DNA of 62,410 nucleotides, counting the filler, from Stramenopiles sp. TOSAG23-2 (lineage: Eukaryota), in NCBI GenBank assembly GCA_900128395.1. It is 6 parts of 6 records of this genome, joined end to end, with 100 filler letters (N's around TTAATTAATTAA, not from the genome) between each part and the next. Parts side by side here need not be neighbours in the genome. Positions count along the whole stretch, not along the records: positions 31,269 to 41,587 come from LT650031.1; positions 41,688 to 52,000 come from LT650032.1; 4 more parts are not named here. One strand, written 5' to 3'. Under the pieces are notes generated by a model that had not been told where the DNA came from, ran no database searches, and saw nothing but the letters and a program-made list of their open reading frames with translations. The position numbers and the translations under genes were made by a program. This document shows, in pieces, positions 34,501-44,600 of the stretch. Positions within the stretch are counted from its first letter, which is position 1; every line of letters begins with the position of its first letter.

Positions 34501-36666
34501 ACACGCAATGATTTGCCCGTTGAGAAATTTTTTTTCATACTTTTGCCTCGTGTGATGGACTCTGAAAAGGATGTTCGTAAGGCAGCCTTAAAAGCTGTAA
34601 ATTTAGTCGTCGGTGCAAAAGAAAAACAGCGGCAAAATCGTATAGTAAATGCTTCATCATTGCAAAGATTTGCAGAATTTAAAGTTTTAGTAAAATCATG
34701 CATTAAAAAAGTAAACCCAGAAAGTTTAATTGGCGATGCAGAGGCAATTAACCTACTTTTACGCGGTTTGAACGATGTAGATTCTGCTGCATCGTGCGCA
34801 GCAAGTGAAGTTTTGTACAATGTATTTCAATTACATGGCTCTAAATTGCAAGGTACGATTGATGTGATGATTAGTGATGAAAACGATGATGAAGAAAGTA
34901 ATGATGATAAAAAAGATGAAAAAAATAAAAATAAAAATAATGCAAATAATGATGATCATGATGTAAATCGCGGTAAGTTGGTACGTGCATTGGACGGACA
35001 GTTGAAAGATATTGGTGGTAACGATGAAGATGGAAATTACCGCATGTTAGCAAAAAATACCACGTTAGCTGCCATTAGAGTGTTGGCAAGATATCATTTC
35101 AAATTGTTTGTTAATACTTTGCTCAACACAGCATTGCCATATCATGAAGCGATACGAGAAGTTTTTGTTGCATTGAGTATGGAAAAATTTGATCGTGCGG
35201 AAGGACAGCAAAATCCACTTGACGGTACAATGTTGGAAAATTTAGTAGAGCATTTAACTTTGACATTAAATGATGCAGCTCCAGGAAATGAGGACGAACC
35301 AAATCAAATAGTTTCCGCTGCACATCGGGCATTTGAAATTTTATTTAGTTCTGCAGGTCAAGAAATAACTATGTTTATTGATCAGCAATTTTGTCCTTTG
35401 GTATGTACATTATTGCTGAGTATTGGAAGCGTAAATTGTGCACTTAAATGTGATGGTATGGAAAATGGAAGTGCGATTGATGCATTGAAGCAATTGTTTA
35501 CACGTGCATGTGCAAATAATTTGATAGAAAAGATGGAAACATTGATAGATGAGTACGATGATGAGTCTTCTATCGAACGACAACTTACCAGTGGGAATTC
35601 ATTTGATGATGCTATTTCAGAAATTATCGTTAGTATGTCTGATGATGATTATTGCAACCCAGAGAAAGTGTTCTTAATAGTTCAAAGTTTCCTGAATAGT
35701 CCAAATGGCGGACAACGCGTAGCGGCAAGTGCAATTTGCTCGTCACTTATCCTTACGTGTGTGCAAAATGTTGATAAAAAAAATGATGATTCCAAAAAGT
35801 CGATGGATTTATTGAAAAATTTGATCAAAGCAATTTTAGCGCGTGCTACCGACAGTGAGGCAAAAGCAAGGAAACATGCTTTTAAGTCACTTGGCGAATT
35901 AGGAAATTGCAAAAATAATGAAGCGTTAATGCCTGCGATGCCAACAATTTTGAATGTCTTAAATAACGGTTTAGATGATGAAGCGATAGATGTTAAAGTT
36001 GAAGCTTTGAGGTCAATGTCAATATTAATTAAAACATTGCCTGAAAGTCAAATTGTACCGATATTAATGAATGTTTGCTTTCGCGTGCAAAATGTTTTCT
36101 CTGTAGATGATGGGGATGTAAGAACTTTGGGATTTCAAGTATTAGAAATTATGTGTAAATTTGAAGGTAAAACTTCAGGAAATTTTGAGGAACAATGCTT
36201 TGTTTTATTGCCAGTCGTTTTAATGCATTTGAACAGTACATTTGAAGTGTCAAAAGCCGGTTTAAAATGTTTGAATCAATTAATTTTATTATTAGGAAAA
36301 GAAACAAACGCTTTGAAAGAACTTATTAATAAACATACTAGCAAAGGTTATCGTGGGAATATAATTGATGATTTTGAACCATTTGTATCTGATATTACAA
36401 AATTTTTAATAAAATTACATCCAAATCGAGCTGAAGCATGGGTTAGTAAAAGCAATCAATTAGTTCAAAATGATAATGAATGGCCAGATACTAGAGGTTC
36501 AATTGCAATTATTCTAGGCAATTTTATAGCCAGTCTTCCTAGTTCAATACGCTCTAGAGTTGGCGTTGGTCCTGTTTGTACATCATTAGTCGCATTGTTG
36601 GAAAATGATAATGCAAGTGTTAGATCAAGAGGTGCTTTGGCGTTGTCATTGTTAAAAGATTTATAA
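31516..36666 (+). CDS. MROH1: Maestro HEAT-like repeat protein (MROH1/HEATR7/SGR6-like)
   Basis: 1716-aa all-helical HEAT-type sequence; TLLDSAIDEDEAVEESVKQALCEIG, ILKHLVNA, FVVKQCA, VWPLL. Confidence 0.8.
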   Translation: MASNLAQVVGTLLDSAIDEDEAVEESVKQALCEIGSARPQAVLSASLKYIEATPNIKTHHRVQILKAIQGVIELGHSNLDMGQTGRLSTFACEEVLKGSKVEPWESAACNILVALSQANSSSVMEDLTGRVSSGEVPHGGIILALTEIARNNQKVFVPYFTKILSRLLPNFGAMQKPNLQYRVASALNHFSDAVMYEEIQQGGAQANSFASRSATVASALNALASTWMIQSRDALVRGSSAEAVGSMSRMVDDEQLDQSFAFVIGHIVSLLKRERSDSEARLGLTRGLVLLLTRAKTMAESHLAELLEVLHPLACNPIDYTIPLTNRVRTELLRSIEALTSTFPAKVIQFLVTTLDVPKPSLQVGTCVILKHLVNASTKEITDAGMREHLISGVLKLLSEKDLEVRGAFAQLIVAMGKAGFLTMGGGRELVLFVVKQCAIGKDEIIEWENNQKGWFSKGGSGTSPAQLRAGCERFVDALGQCAQKAVWPLLFTVLVPGEYKASLTPVTKCLCQVARNSNTDTLKNLMINSDVPKTSEIFARLIVLSSCIIAKDHMVDEQPCSKADLNRFKEQGWNSLDLLSAIGPIFDKNIKESWSQHGTIKRLEEIYKRSSSSLNSNNDEKKVVTDFFSYDSVEEVFSSSKYNPVALLMSSFHKVPGNWLADVGDALISHIDSGMYNNDRILKASAYVCLGTLISAMTGAERPRKWIVEMLKSVNHFDTMERNGLAIGLGLACGRQGSHLDMVLQAIAGVIRDDTVVKSSGWFGGGSERSEDECDAIKGTMLLALGYCTTFAPLETLSSRVEAHVASHFQAALEKLPLNKIDLRDCLLRGLIEISCAIGKKGSNLQLSMRDYFLSTISTWVSELLSKKKVDIEPSSATCSLVLEACAGLVAVVPKPENTVIANILSNVLIIVQSSFEDDKTDVIQPLSMFFQACVSVSASSDVLELLCFSYPGGEDDETKEDSLFAWTDSETAFQRYRAVQVICETLETYLRHNTRNDLPVEKFFFILLPRVMDSEKDVRKAALKAVNLVVGAKEKQRQNRIVNASSLQRFAEFKVLVKSCIKKVNPESLIGDAEAINLLLRGLNDVDSAASCAASEVLYNVFQLHGSKLQGTIDVMISDENDDEESNDDKKDEKNKNKNNANNDDHDVNRGKLVRALDGQLKDIGGNDEDGNYRMLAKNTTLAAIRVLARYHFKLFVNTLLNTALPYHEAIREVFVALSMEKFDRAEGQQNPLDGTMLENLVEHLTLTLNDAAPGNEDEPNQIVSAAHRAFEILFSSAGQEITMFIDQQFCPLVCTLLLSIGSVNCALKCDGMENGSAIDALKQLFTRACANNLIEKMETLIDEYDDESSIERQLTSGNSFDDAISEIIVSMSDDDYCNPEKVFLIVQSFLNSPNGGQRVAASAICSSLILTCVQNVDKKNDDSKKSMDLLKNLIKAILARATDSEAKARKHAFKSLGELGNCKNNEALMPAMPTILNVLNNGLDDEAIDVKVEALRSMSILIKTLPESQIVPILMNVCFRVQNVFSVDDGDVRTLGFQVLEIMCKFEGKTSGNFEEQCFVLLPVVLMHLNSTFEVSKAGLKCLNQLILLLGKETNALKELINKHTSKGYRGNIIDDFEPFVSDITKFLIKLHPNRAEAWVSKSNQLVQNDNEWPDTRGSIAIILGNFIASLPSSIRSRVGVGPVCTSLVALLENDNASVRSRGALALSLLKDL

Positions 36667-36962
36667 AGGTAACACGTACGTAGTTCGTATTGGTTAAAAC
36701 ACGTAGTTCGTATTATATAATTTAATTTACAAAAATAAAATATTTTGTTTTTTTTATTTTTCTTCACGTGACAATTCCCTATACTCTCAAGAGAATACAG
36801 TGACTGCTGAGCCAATAAAAAAAACTACTCGTATATAATATACTCGTACGTATATATATACGTATATACGAATTATAAATAAGAGAATTATTTTTATATT
36901 CGGTGTATATAATCACATATCATATTACACTGCTGTGTGATATTAATCCGTAAATTCTCTCT

Positions 36963-38495
36963 TTACTCAAAGATGTTTTGCAAAACATCATCCGAAAGTT
37001 GGAATATTTCATTATCAATAGATGTGCTATCAAAAATTCCTTCATTTTCTGTCATATCTTCAAAATTATGCATATTATTAATATTATTCTGAACTTGTTG
37101 CTGTTCATTGCTTTTTACTTCTTCTTGTACTGAATGATCTTCATGAGTTTTCTTTTCACCAACTTTAGCTCTTTTTTGAATGTCATTCCTAATAAAACTA
37201 TTGCTACTACTGCTACTACTCCCATCTAACGTATTTACTTCTGACTGTGCACGCTTTTTGTTTTTTTCTTTCTTACGTTTTCTAGGTGTAACTTCAACGA
37301 TTTCACACATATTCATAAACATTTCTCCATCAACTGATCTTTTTGTTGTGTACCGTAGTTTTGCATTTAATGGTTCACTTGATTCCCATTTGCACATGGG
37401 AATGGAATTCATGTCAAAATTTGCAGTAAAAGATGGCACATCGCTTTGACCATCATCAAAATATTGTTCAAATGAATTTTTTGATTCTGTCAAAATACCA
37501 TTTATGAACAATTTAGAGATTTGGTATTTTCTAACTAAATCACAATCAAGTACAGCATTAAAAATATTTTTATTATCATAACCATTTCCTTGTACCCATC
37601 CATCATCCAGCGGAGTTAAAACAGGATATTTCATGAACTCCTTGAATTTTGAGTTTGTCACATGAGCAACTAAACCATAGAATGAGAGGCAGATTAGCAG
37701 AGGATTATGATGTTTTTCCATTTTTAAATGCGTTTTTCGAACTTGCAACAAAATTTTATCGTCTTTAACTTTTGCTGATTTCTTCGGATCCAGCTGAGAT
37801 ATAATGTAAGCACATTTACTGGTAAAATCTTTAAAGTCCATTTTTAATTTCTGCGAAGCAATAGTTGATTTACTAATTCCTGCATAATCATCAGTACGGA
37901 AATTAATCCATAAGTTGCTCAACACGCAACTTCTAGCAATAGCATGTAATCGATCCAACTTTTCCGTTTCGACAATAGCCCTATCCGCTATAGCTAACTT
38001 GGCCAATTCGTCGACGTTTAACGGATAACAAGATACTAGTGAATTCTCTACGTTCAACTCGTATTTTTTTAATCTCGCATTGCGCTTTTCCAGCTCTTCC
38101 TTGCCAGGCCTTCCGCGCTTCGTTTCTACGCTTACACATTCATACCCTTTACGTTTACAACGACGGCATACAGGCCATGATCTCTATATATACAAAATTC
38201 AATGATATTGATAGTTGTTAGACATGCGTGTTTCATAATAATAATAGGTGTATTGAATATTATACATCATATAATATTCAACGATATTGATAGTTGTTAG
38301 ACATGCGTGTTTTATAATAATAATTGGTGTATTGAATATTATACATCATATAATACTTACGTCACATTTAGTTTTATCCCTGCGACACTGTTCACAATTA
38401 TAAGGCAACTTTTTGCACCCATTCTGTTCTACATAGGGAGGATTCCTCCCTAGGTCTTCACAGCCACAGCCATCTTTTTTCATTTCCACATCCAT
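36963..38495 (-). CDS. Zn(II)2Cys6 (GAL4-type) transcription factor, 451 aa. Exons 38495-38361 and 38183-36963.
   Basis: Splicing GTAAGT(38360)...CTAAC...TAG(38184) gives CEQCRRDKTKCD|RSWPVCRRCKRKGYEC then KRGRP, in frame with track ORF 36963-38057; acidic C-terminus. Confidence 0.9.
38197..38354. repeat. 79-bp tandem duplication inside the Zn2Cys6 intron
   Basis: Units start at 38197 and 38276; three substitutions. Confidence 0.9.
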
Positions 38496-38915
38496 TATGA
38501 TTCTTTTATATCAGATATATTTGTCTGTATATACAGTCATATATATCTATATATCTTATCTCTTTCCAATTCCATATATATATATATATATATTTACTAC
38601 ATACAGTAAACAACCATCGTCAATTTAAATTGTTCTGATACATAATTATTAGTAGATATGCACATATTAGCTCTACGACGGGGGCACACCGCACACCAGC
38701 CCAGCCAGCACACCATGTTGATGTTTCCGAATCTGAAATCCACGTTCGCGAACATATAGAAATAACATTATGAATATACCTTAATCTATCAAATTGTTTA
38801 AATTTGTACCATAGCACTAATAAATTTATCAGCATTCCTGGCATTCAGGCATTCAGGCATTCCAGCATTCTGGCATTCCACCAGCATTCGCACATTACCA
38901 GTTATCCAGTTAGTC

Positions 38916-38941
38916 TATTATACCAGGTACCTGGTATAATA
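38916..38941. promoter_or_regulatory. Perfect 26-bp palindrome made of two overlapping TACCAGGT motifs in a divergent promoter
   Basis: TATTATACCAGGTACCTGGTATAATA, preceded by a GCATTC array at 38830-38890. Regulatory role is inferred. Confidence 0.5.
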
Positions 38942-39188
38942 ACATTCCAGCATATTAATATTCAGACCAGCAGACTGGCAGACGACCAGCAGACGAGTAA
39001 CTATAATATAATAAAAAATAAAAACTTGCATTGACTATTAATATATACTACTGCTCAACAGATAGAGAATATATCGCAAAAGCAAGAAGCTGAGCTTGGA
39101 AAATAGTCCATTTCAGGAAAATTACACACTCATACATACACACAGATACATACATATATTAATTATCGTGAAAACCAAACAAGTAAAT

Positions 39189-41213
39189 ATGAGCATTACA
39201 AAAGATGTAACACAATATAAAGTAACCGAGAATACAGCACAAATGGGAATGGCTGTCGCAATGAGTAAAGAATTTGAGGTAGAAGAAGATACACCTGAAG
39301 ATTTAGCAATGCTAGCTAAAATATATTCAGGTTTTGACCATGATGTAGGAGAGCAAAGTACATTCAATATTAATTCGTGGGGAGATCGAGATGCTGTTGC
39401 CCCAACAAAAGCAAAGGGAATGGATAAACCAGGTAGAAAATATTTAAGATGGAAATCGAAAGTTGTAAAAGATGAAGAAGAAGTAAGGGACACAAGAATT
39501 GCAGAAAATAGTGCAATTCCATCGCCATTATACCCAATGATAAAAGAAAGGGTTAAAATGATTGCCTGTTCGTTTGATAGCACAGTTATCTTGACCGTAA
39601 ATGGAAGATTACGTTACATGTCTGTAGAAAGAAATTTAGGGGAATTAAAGGAGGATATTTCTTTAACTTCTCGTCGAGTGAAATATATTGCTGCAGGCGC
39701 ATATCATTTCGGTGCTATAACAGAAGAGCCTACTTTAAATCTATATATGTGGGGAAAAAATGATAAATATCAATTGGGTCAAGGAGATAGCACGAAAGAC
39801 ATACATGTACCAGAAAGAGGCCAAGTGCGGTCTTTGCAAGGTATTAGAATTGTACATATAGCACTAGGGGGTAAATTTACATTCGCTGTCACTTCATTAA
39901 ATATAGTATACGCCTGGGGCGATAATTCAAATCAACAGCTTGGTATGGGTAGTCGAGATAAGAAAACTGGTGCATGGATTCCACCTGAATCAGGTACTAT
40001 GGATGTTGTAAAAAATCCTAGGCGGGTAGAGGAGCTTAATAGGCAAAAAACATCCGGGACAGATGTGGTTCGTATAGGGGATGAAAAAAATGAACATTTT
40101 GTTCAATTAATGTTAGCCGCTGGGGAAAAACATGCAGTGTCATGGACTAATGTCGAAAAAATGAATCAATTTAGCGAAGATTTTTGGGATCGTTATTCCT
40201 TTTTAAAAAAGAGAATTAAAACTTTAAATTTTCAAATACAATCAAGGGATGCTCAAATCGAGCATTTGAAAACTTCCAACACAGGGGTCAATACAGTAGT
40301 AGGTACGGATAATGCAGATGGTTTAGTAGATCGTCGTGTAACGGAAGACGAGACGTTGATGATGACTGGTGATATGTTGACAAAGTTACAAGAGGATTTA
40401 GGAACTGTTGTACGCAGACGACAAGAAATACATAAGATTGTTCAAACCGAAGAGTTTCGAAAAAAGGAAGTGCAAGATGAAGTTGCATTGATTGAAAGAA
40501 ATATTAAGGTTCTCTGGGATAATGCTGAGCAATTGACATACGATTATCAAACGTTAGAAGATCAACCAGGCAAAACCAGGCAAATGATGAAAGAATTAGA
40601 GGCAAAACAAGTGGAATTGCAAGGGAAACAAAATTTAGCAAAAGCTGCTGAAAATACATTGATAGTTGAAAGCATGAAATTGAATGTATTTGAATCAAAA
40701 TTAGAAGAATTGTTTGAAGAAGATATGGAATTGTCTGGACAGCAATCAGAGTTGGAGAAAAAGACCCGCCTTGTTAATAAATTATACATACAAAGAGATA
40801 AATTTTTACGACAGAAATATTTAGAAATGCACCAGGAAGATATATTTGATATGATTGACTTAGTTAGAACATTATGGCAAAAAATCAAATCAACTGCAGT
40901 AACATCATTTACTGCAGATATGTCTGAAATGGAACGGTTAACAAAATTAATTGGTAGGCGCCCTGGATTACAAGATATTATAGATGAAAGTGATGCATTA
41001 TTAGAACAATATATTGTACAAGCTGATATAGAACTTTCAAAATTAATCGATTCTGCAGATGCTAGAAAAGATTTAGCTGATTTGTTGAGAGAAATATTGC
41101 ATGATATAATTGCTATGCGTCATGAAATAAACGCCTACTTGGCTGGCATACTGCAACAAACAAGTCAAAGGCTAGAGAGAATATTTCGGAAATCATTGAC
41201 AGTAGAGCAATGA
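39189..41213 (+). CDS. RCC1-repeat protein with long C-terminal coiled coil
   Basis: IAAGAYHF...LYMWGKNDKYQLG; IALGGKFT...VYAWGDNSNQQLG; LAAGEKHA. First ATG at 39189. Confidence 0.85.
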   Translation: MSITKDVTQYKVTENTAQMGMAVAMSKEFEVEEDTPEDLAMLAKIYSGFDHDVGEQSTFNINSWGDRDAVAPTKAKGMDKPGRKYLRWKSKVVKDEEEVRDTRIAENSAIPSPLYPMIKERVKMIACSFDSTVILTVNGRLRYMSVERNLGELKEDISLTSRRVKYIAAGAYHFGAITEEPTLNLYMWGKNDKYQLGQGDSTKDIHVPERGQVRSLQGIRIVHIALGGKFTFAVTSLNIVYAWGDNSNQQLGMGSRDKKTGAWIPPESGTMDVVKNPRRVEELNRQKTSGTDVVRIGDEKNEHFVQLMLAAGEKHAVSWTNVEKMNQFSEDFWDRYSFLKKRIKTLNFQIQSRDAQIEHLKTSNTGVNTVVGTDNADGLVDRRVTEDETLMMTGDMLTKLQEDLGTVVRRRQEIHKIVQTEEFRKKEVQDEVALIERNIKVLWDNAEQLTYDYQTLEDQPGKTRQMMKELEAKQVELQGKQNLAKAAENTLIVESMKLNVFESKLEELFEEDMELSGQQSELEKKTRLVNKLYIQRDKFLRQKYLEMHQEDIFDMIDLVRTLWQKIKSTAVTSFTADMSEMERLTKLIGRRPGLQDIIDESDALLEQYIVQADIELSKLIDSADARKDLADLLREILHDIIAMRHEINAYLAGILQQTSQRLERIFRKSLTVEQ

Positions 41214-41392
41214 GAAAAAAATGTAAAACGTGTTTTTTAAATAATTATAACATAAACATACGAATATCTGGCATACTGCAACAAACAAGTCAAAGGCTAG
41301 AGAGAATATTTCGGAAATCATTGACAGTAGAGCAATGAGAAAAAAATGTAAAACGTGTTTTTTAAATAATTATAACATAAACATACGAATAT
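41143..41392. repeat. 125-bp exact tandem duplication spanning the RCC1 gene stop codon
   Basis: Units 41143-41267 and 41268-41392. Confidence 0.9.
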
Positions 41393-41587
41393 ATTTTATT
41401 CGTACACACATATTTTTTACGATACGAAAAAAATACTGATTTTACACAAGATACCATACGTAATATTTTTGATTCTTGATACGAGCGTATAAATTACGTA
41501 CAAAATATATATTTTATTAAAAAAATATATCTTGACAAAATCCTATTTAGACATACGTGTATTCGGTTGTAACAGTAAATTGTATAA

Positions 41588-41687
41588 NNNNNNNNNNNNN
41601 NNNNNNNNNNNNNNNNNNNNNNNNNNNNNNNTTAATTAATTAANNNNNNNNNNNNNNNNNNNNNNNNNNNNNNNNNNNNNNNNNNNN
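41588..41687. other. Artificial contig linker
   Basis: 44N-TTAATTAATTAA-44N. Confidence 0.99.
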
Positions 41688-41688
41688 A

Positions 41689-44600
41689 AAAAAAGGATCT
41701 ACTGGCCGTAAATTTAATTATGGTAGAGGCAGAAGTCCAGGCCACCCATCAAGATCTAATGGCAGATTTACATCAAAACCAAAAATAAAAAAAGGATCTA
41801 CTGGCCGTAAATTTAATTATGGTAGAGGCAGAAGTCCAGGCCACCCATCAAGAAGGAAACCTGCAACGAGTAAGCCAACATCTACATATAGAGGCAGAAG
41901 TCCTGGTCACCCATCAAGAAGGAACCGTGCAACGAGGAATCAAGTAGATAAAAATGGTAACGCAGTTGAGCAAACAGCTGGATATGGTAGTATAGCTAAG
42001 GATGCGGCAAAAACGTATGGTAAAATTAGAAATACCAAGCCAGTCAAAAAAATTCGAAAAAGTTTGTGGGACCGTACGAAACATAAATTGAGCAAAGTTA
42101 AAAATAGTAAATTTGTTCAAGGTGCTGCTAATGGAATAAAAACTACTGGCAAATATATTAAGAAAAATGCAAAACATGTTGCGCGAGCTACGAAACTTGT
42201 TACTAAACATGGTGGGAAAGCCCTACGTGTCGGTGGGAAAGTATTAGGTGCGGCTGCAAATGTCGTTGCACCAGTTGTTGGATTCGGAAAAGGAGTATTA
42301 AAACCTGCAGGTAGTTTTAGTGAAAGAGTAACTAATGGTATTGTTGGTGGTGCAAAGAAATTAGATAATGCTGGAGCTGGATTTGCTGGTGCTTATACAG
42401 GTGGTAAACTCGGAGCTGGTGTAGGAGGTACCGTAGGAACAGCATTTGCAGGTGTTGGTGCAGTACCTGGTGCAGCTGTTGGAGCATTTACGGGAAGCGT
42501 TGTTGGTGGAATTGCAGCATCAAATAAATACGATGGCTCAAATGCAGATAAAGCGTACGATAGGATGATTGAAAGCAAAAGAGGTGCTATCCACAAGAGA
42601 GTGGAAAAGAATGTAAATCGAGTAAAAAATGCTGGTCGAAGTGTGAAAAAGTTTTTTACTGGAAATGGAAAACGTAGCACGGGAAGTAGAGGTAGGAACA
42701 GAAAAAGATATTCAAGAAGTCCTGGTCATCCATCACAAATGAAAAGTCAAAATACACGTGGTAAACTAAAATCAAATAGGAATACAAATAGTAGGAAATA
42801 TTCAAGAAGTCCTGGGCATCCATCACAAATGAAAAGATATTCAAGAAGTCCTGGTCATCCATCACAAATGAAAAGTCAAAATACACGTGGTAAACTAAAA
42901 TCAAATAGGAATACAAATAGTAGGAAATATTCAAGAAGTCCTGGGCATCCATCACAAATGAAAAGATATTCAAGAAGTCCTGGTCACCCATCAAGAAGGA
43001 ACCGTGAAACGAGGAATCGAGTAGATAAAAACACAAGAGACAATGCGCGATATAATAAAATGCGAATGGGAAGAGGAAAAAGAACACCAACAAAAAAAGA
43101 TCCAAGAGACAATGCGCGATATAATAAAATGCGAATGGGAAGAGGAAAAAGAACACCAACAAAAAAAGATCCAAGAGACAATGCGCGATATAATAAAATG
43201 CGAATGGGAAGAGGAAAAAGAACACCAACAAAAAAAGATCCAAGAGACAATGCGCGATACAATAAAATGCGAATGGGAAGAGGAAAAAGAACACCAACAA
43301 AAAAAGATCCAAGAGACAATGCGCGATACAATAAAATGCGAATGGGAAGAGGAAAAAGAACACCAACAAAAAAAGATCCAAGAGACAATGCGCGATACAA
43401 TAAAATGCGAATGGGAAGAGGAAAAAGAACACCACCAATCAGCAACGATCAAGTTATTATTGGCAATACAAATATTGAAAGTTCAGATCCACGAGATGAT
43501 GTAACAGATCAACCAAAGAAACTTTCTGAAACGGAAATAAATACGCTTGCAAGTAGTAAGGCGAAACGTGATCAAATGTTAAATATGAGGGAGCATATGG
43601 AAGTAGCACAGCAAGATGAAACATTTTATACTGATGCTATTTTACGTAACCAACAACAAAAATTAAAAGTAGAGGAAAAGGAAATGTTTGATAAACTTGG
43701 TTATGATGAAGATCAAATCGCGGAGTATAAATTAAAGGAGAAAGCGAGATTTAGACCTACGAATAAGAAATACAATCCATCCTCTAAAAATACAGACCCT
43801 CGTAATAGTATCACTCCACATGATCGAGCAATGTCATTAGCATCACAAAATGCATATGAAGGTCATAACCAAAGAGTTGGTGATAGGTTAGAAAAAGAAT
43901 ATAGTGACGGATCAAAAGTAATTACGGATTATGAGGTTGTACAAGCTACTAGAAGCATTACAGTATATCGAGATCGAGTAAACAATAAGGTGTTAATTGC
44001 AGTCAAGGGTACTACACCAGCATTGAATTCTGATATGACAGATGCTAATTTGAAAATAGCAATGGCATCAAATAATTTTGATGAATCCAAAATAGTAAAA
44101 CAAGCGCAAGCTGCATTAGATCAATATGCTGAAAAATATCCAGATGCAGAGATAGAAATGACAGGCCATTCTTTGGGTGGAACTGTTGTGCAACATGTGG
44201 CAATGAAAAATCCTGACAAAGTTACGTATGCTACAGCATTTAATCCCGGCTCGAATCCTATTTTACATAGGGAGGAAGACGAACTTGTTGGGCAACATAC
44301 AAATATAAGAACAGTTATACAAAAAGGATCTTTTATAAGCAATGGGCAATTGGGTGTCGCAGATGTTGTATTACCTGATCCACTTGATGCAGCATCAAAT
44401 AGGAGAGAAAGGAGGGAGGCAATAAAACACAGTATACTTACCAAGCATGGCCAAGGTAATTTTTTATGCCCAGAATGTGAAAATAAATGGAAAGATTTAG
44501 ATTTCCCAACAAGTAATGATGAAACACATGCATTAACTCATGATCAACGGGCTCAATATGATGAATTAGTTAAAGCGAAAGAGAAGACGGAAGGCCTTTT

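Noticed and set aside
42656-43504. Alternative-frame repeat ORFs
   Set aside because: By-products of the 69-bp coding tandem repeat in other frames.
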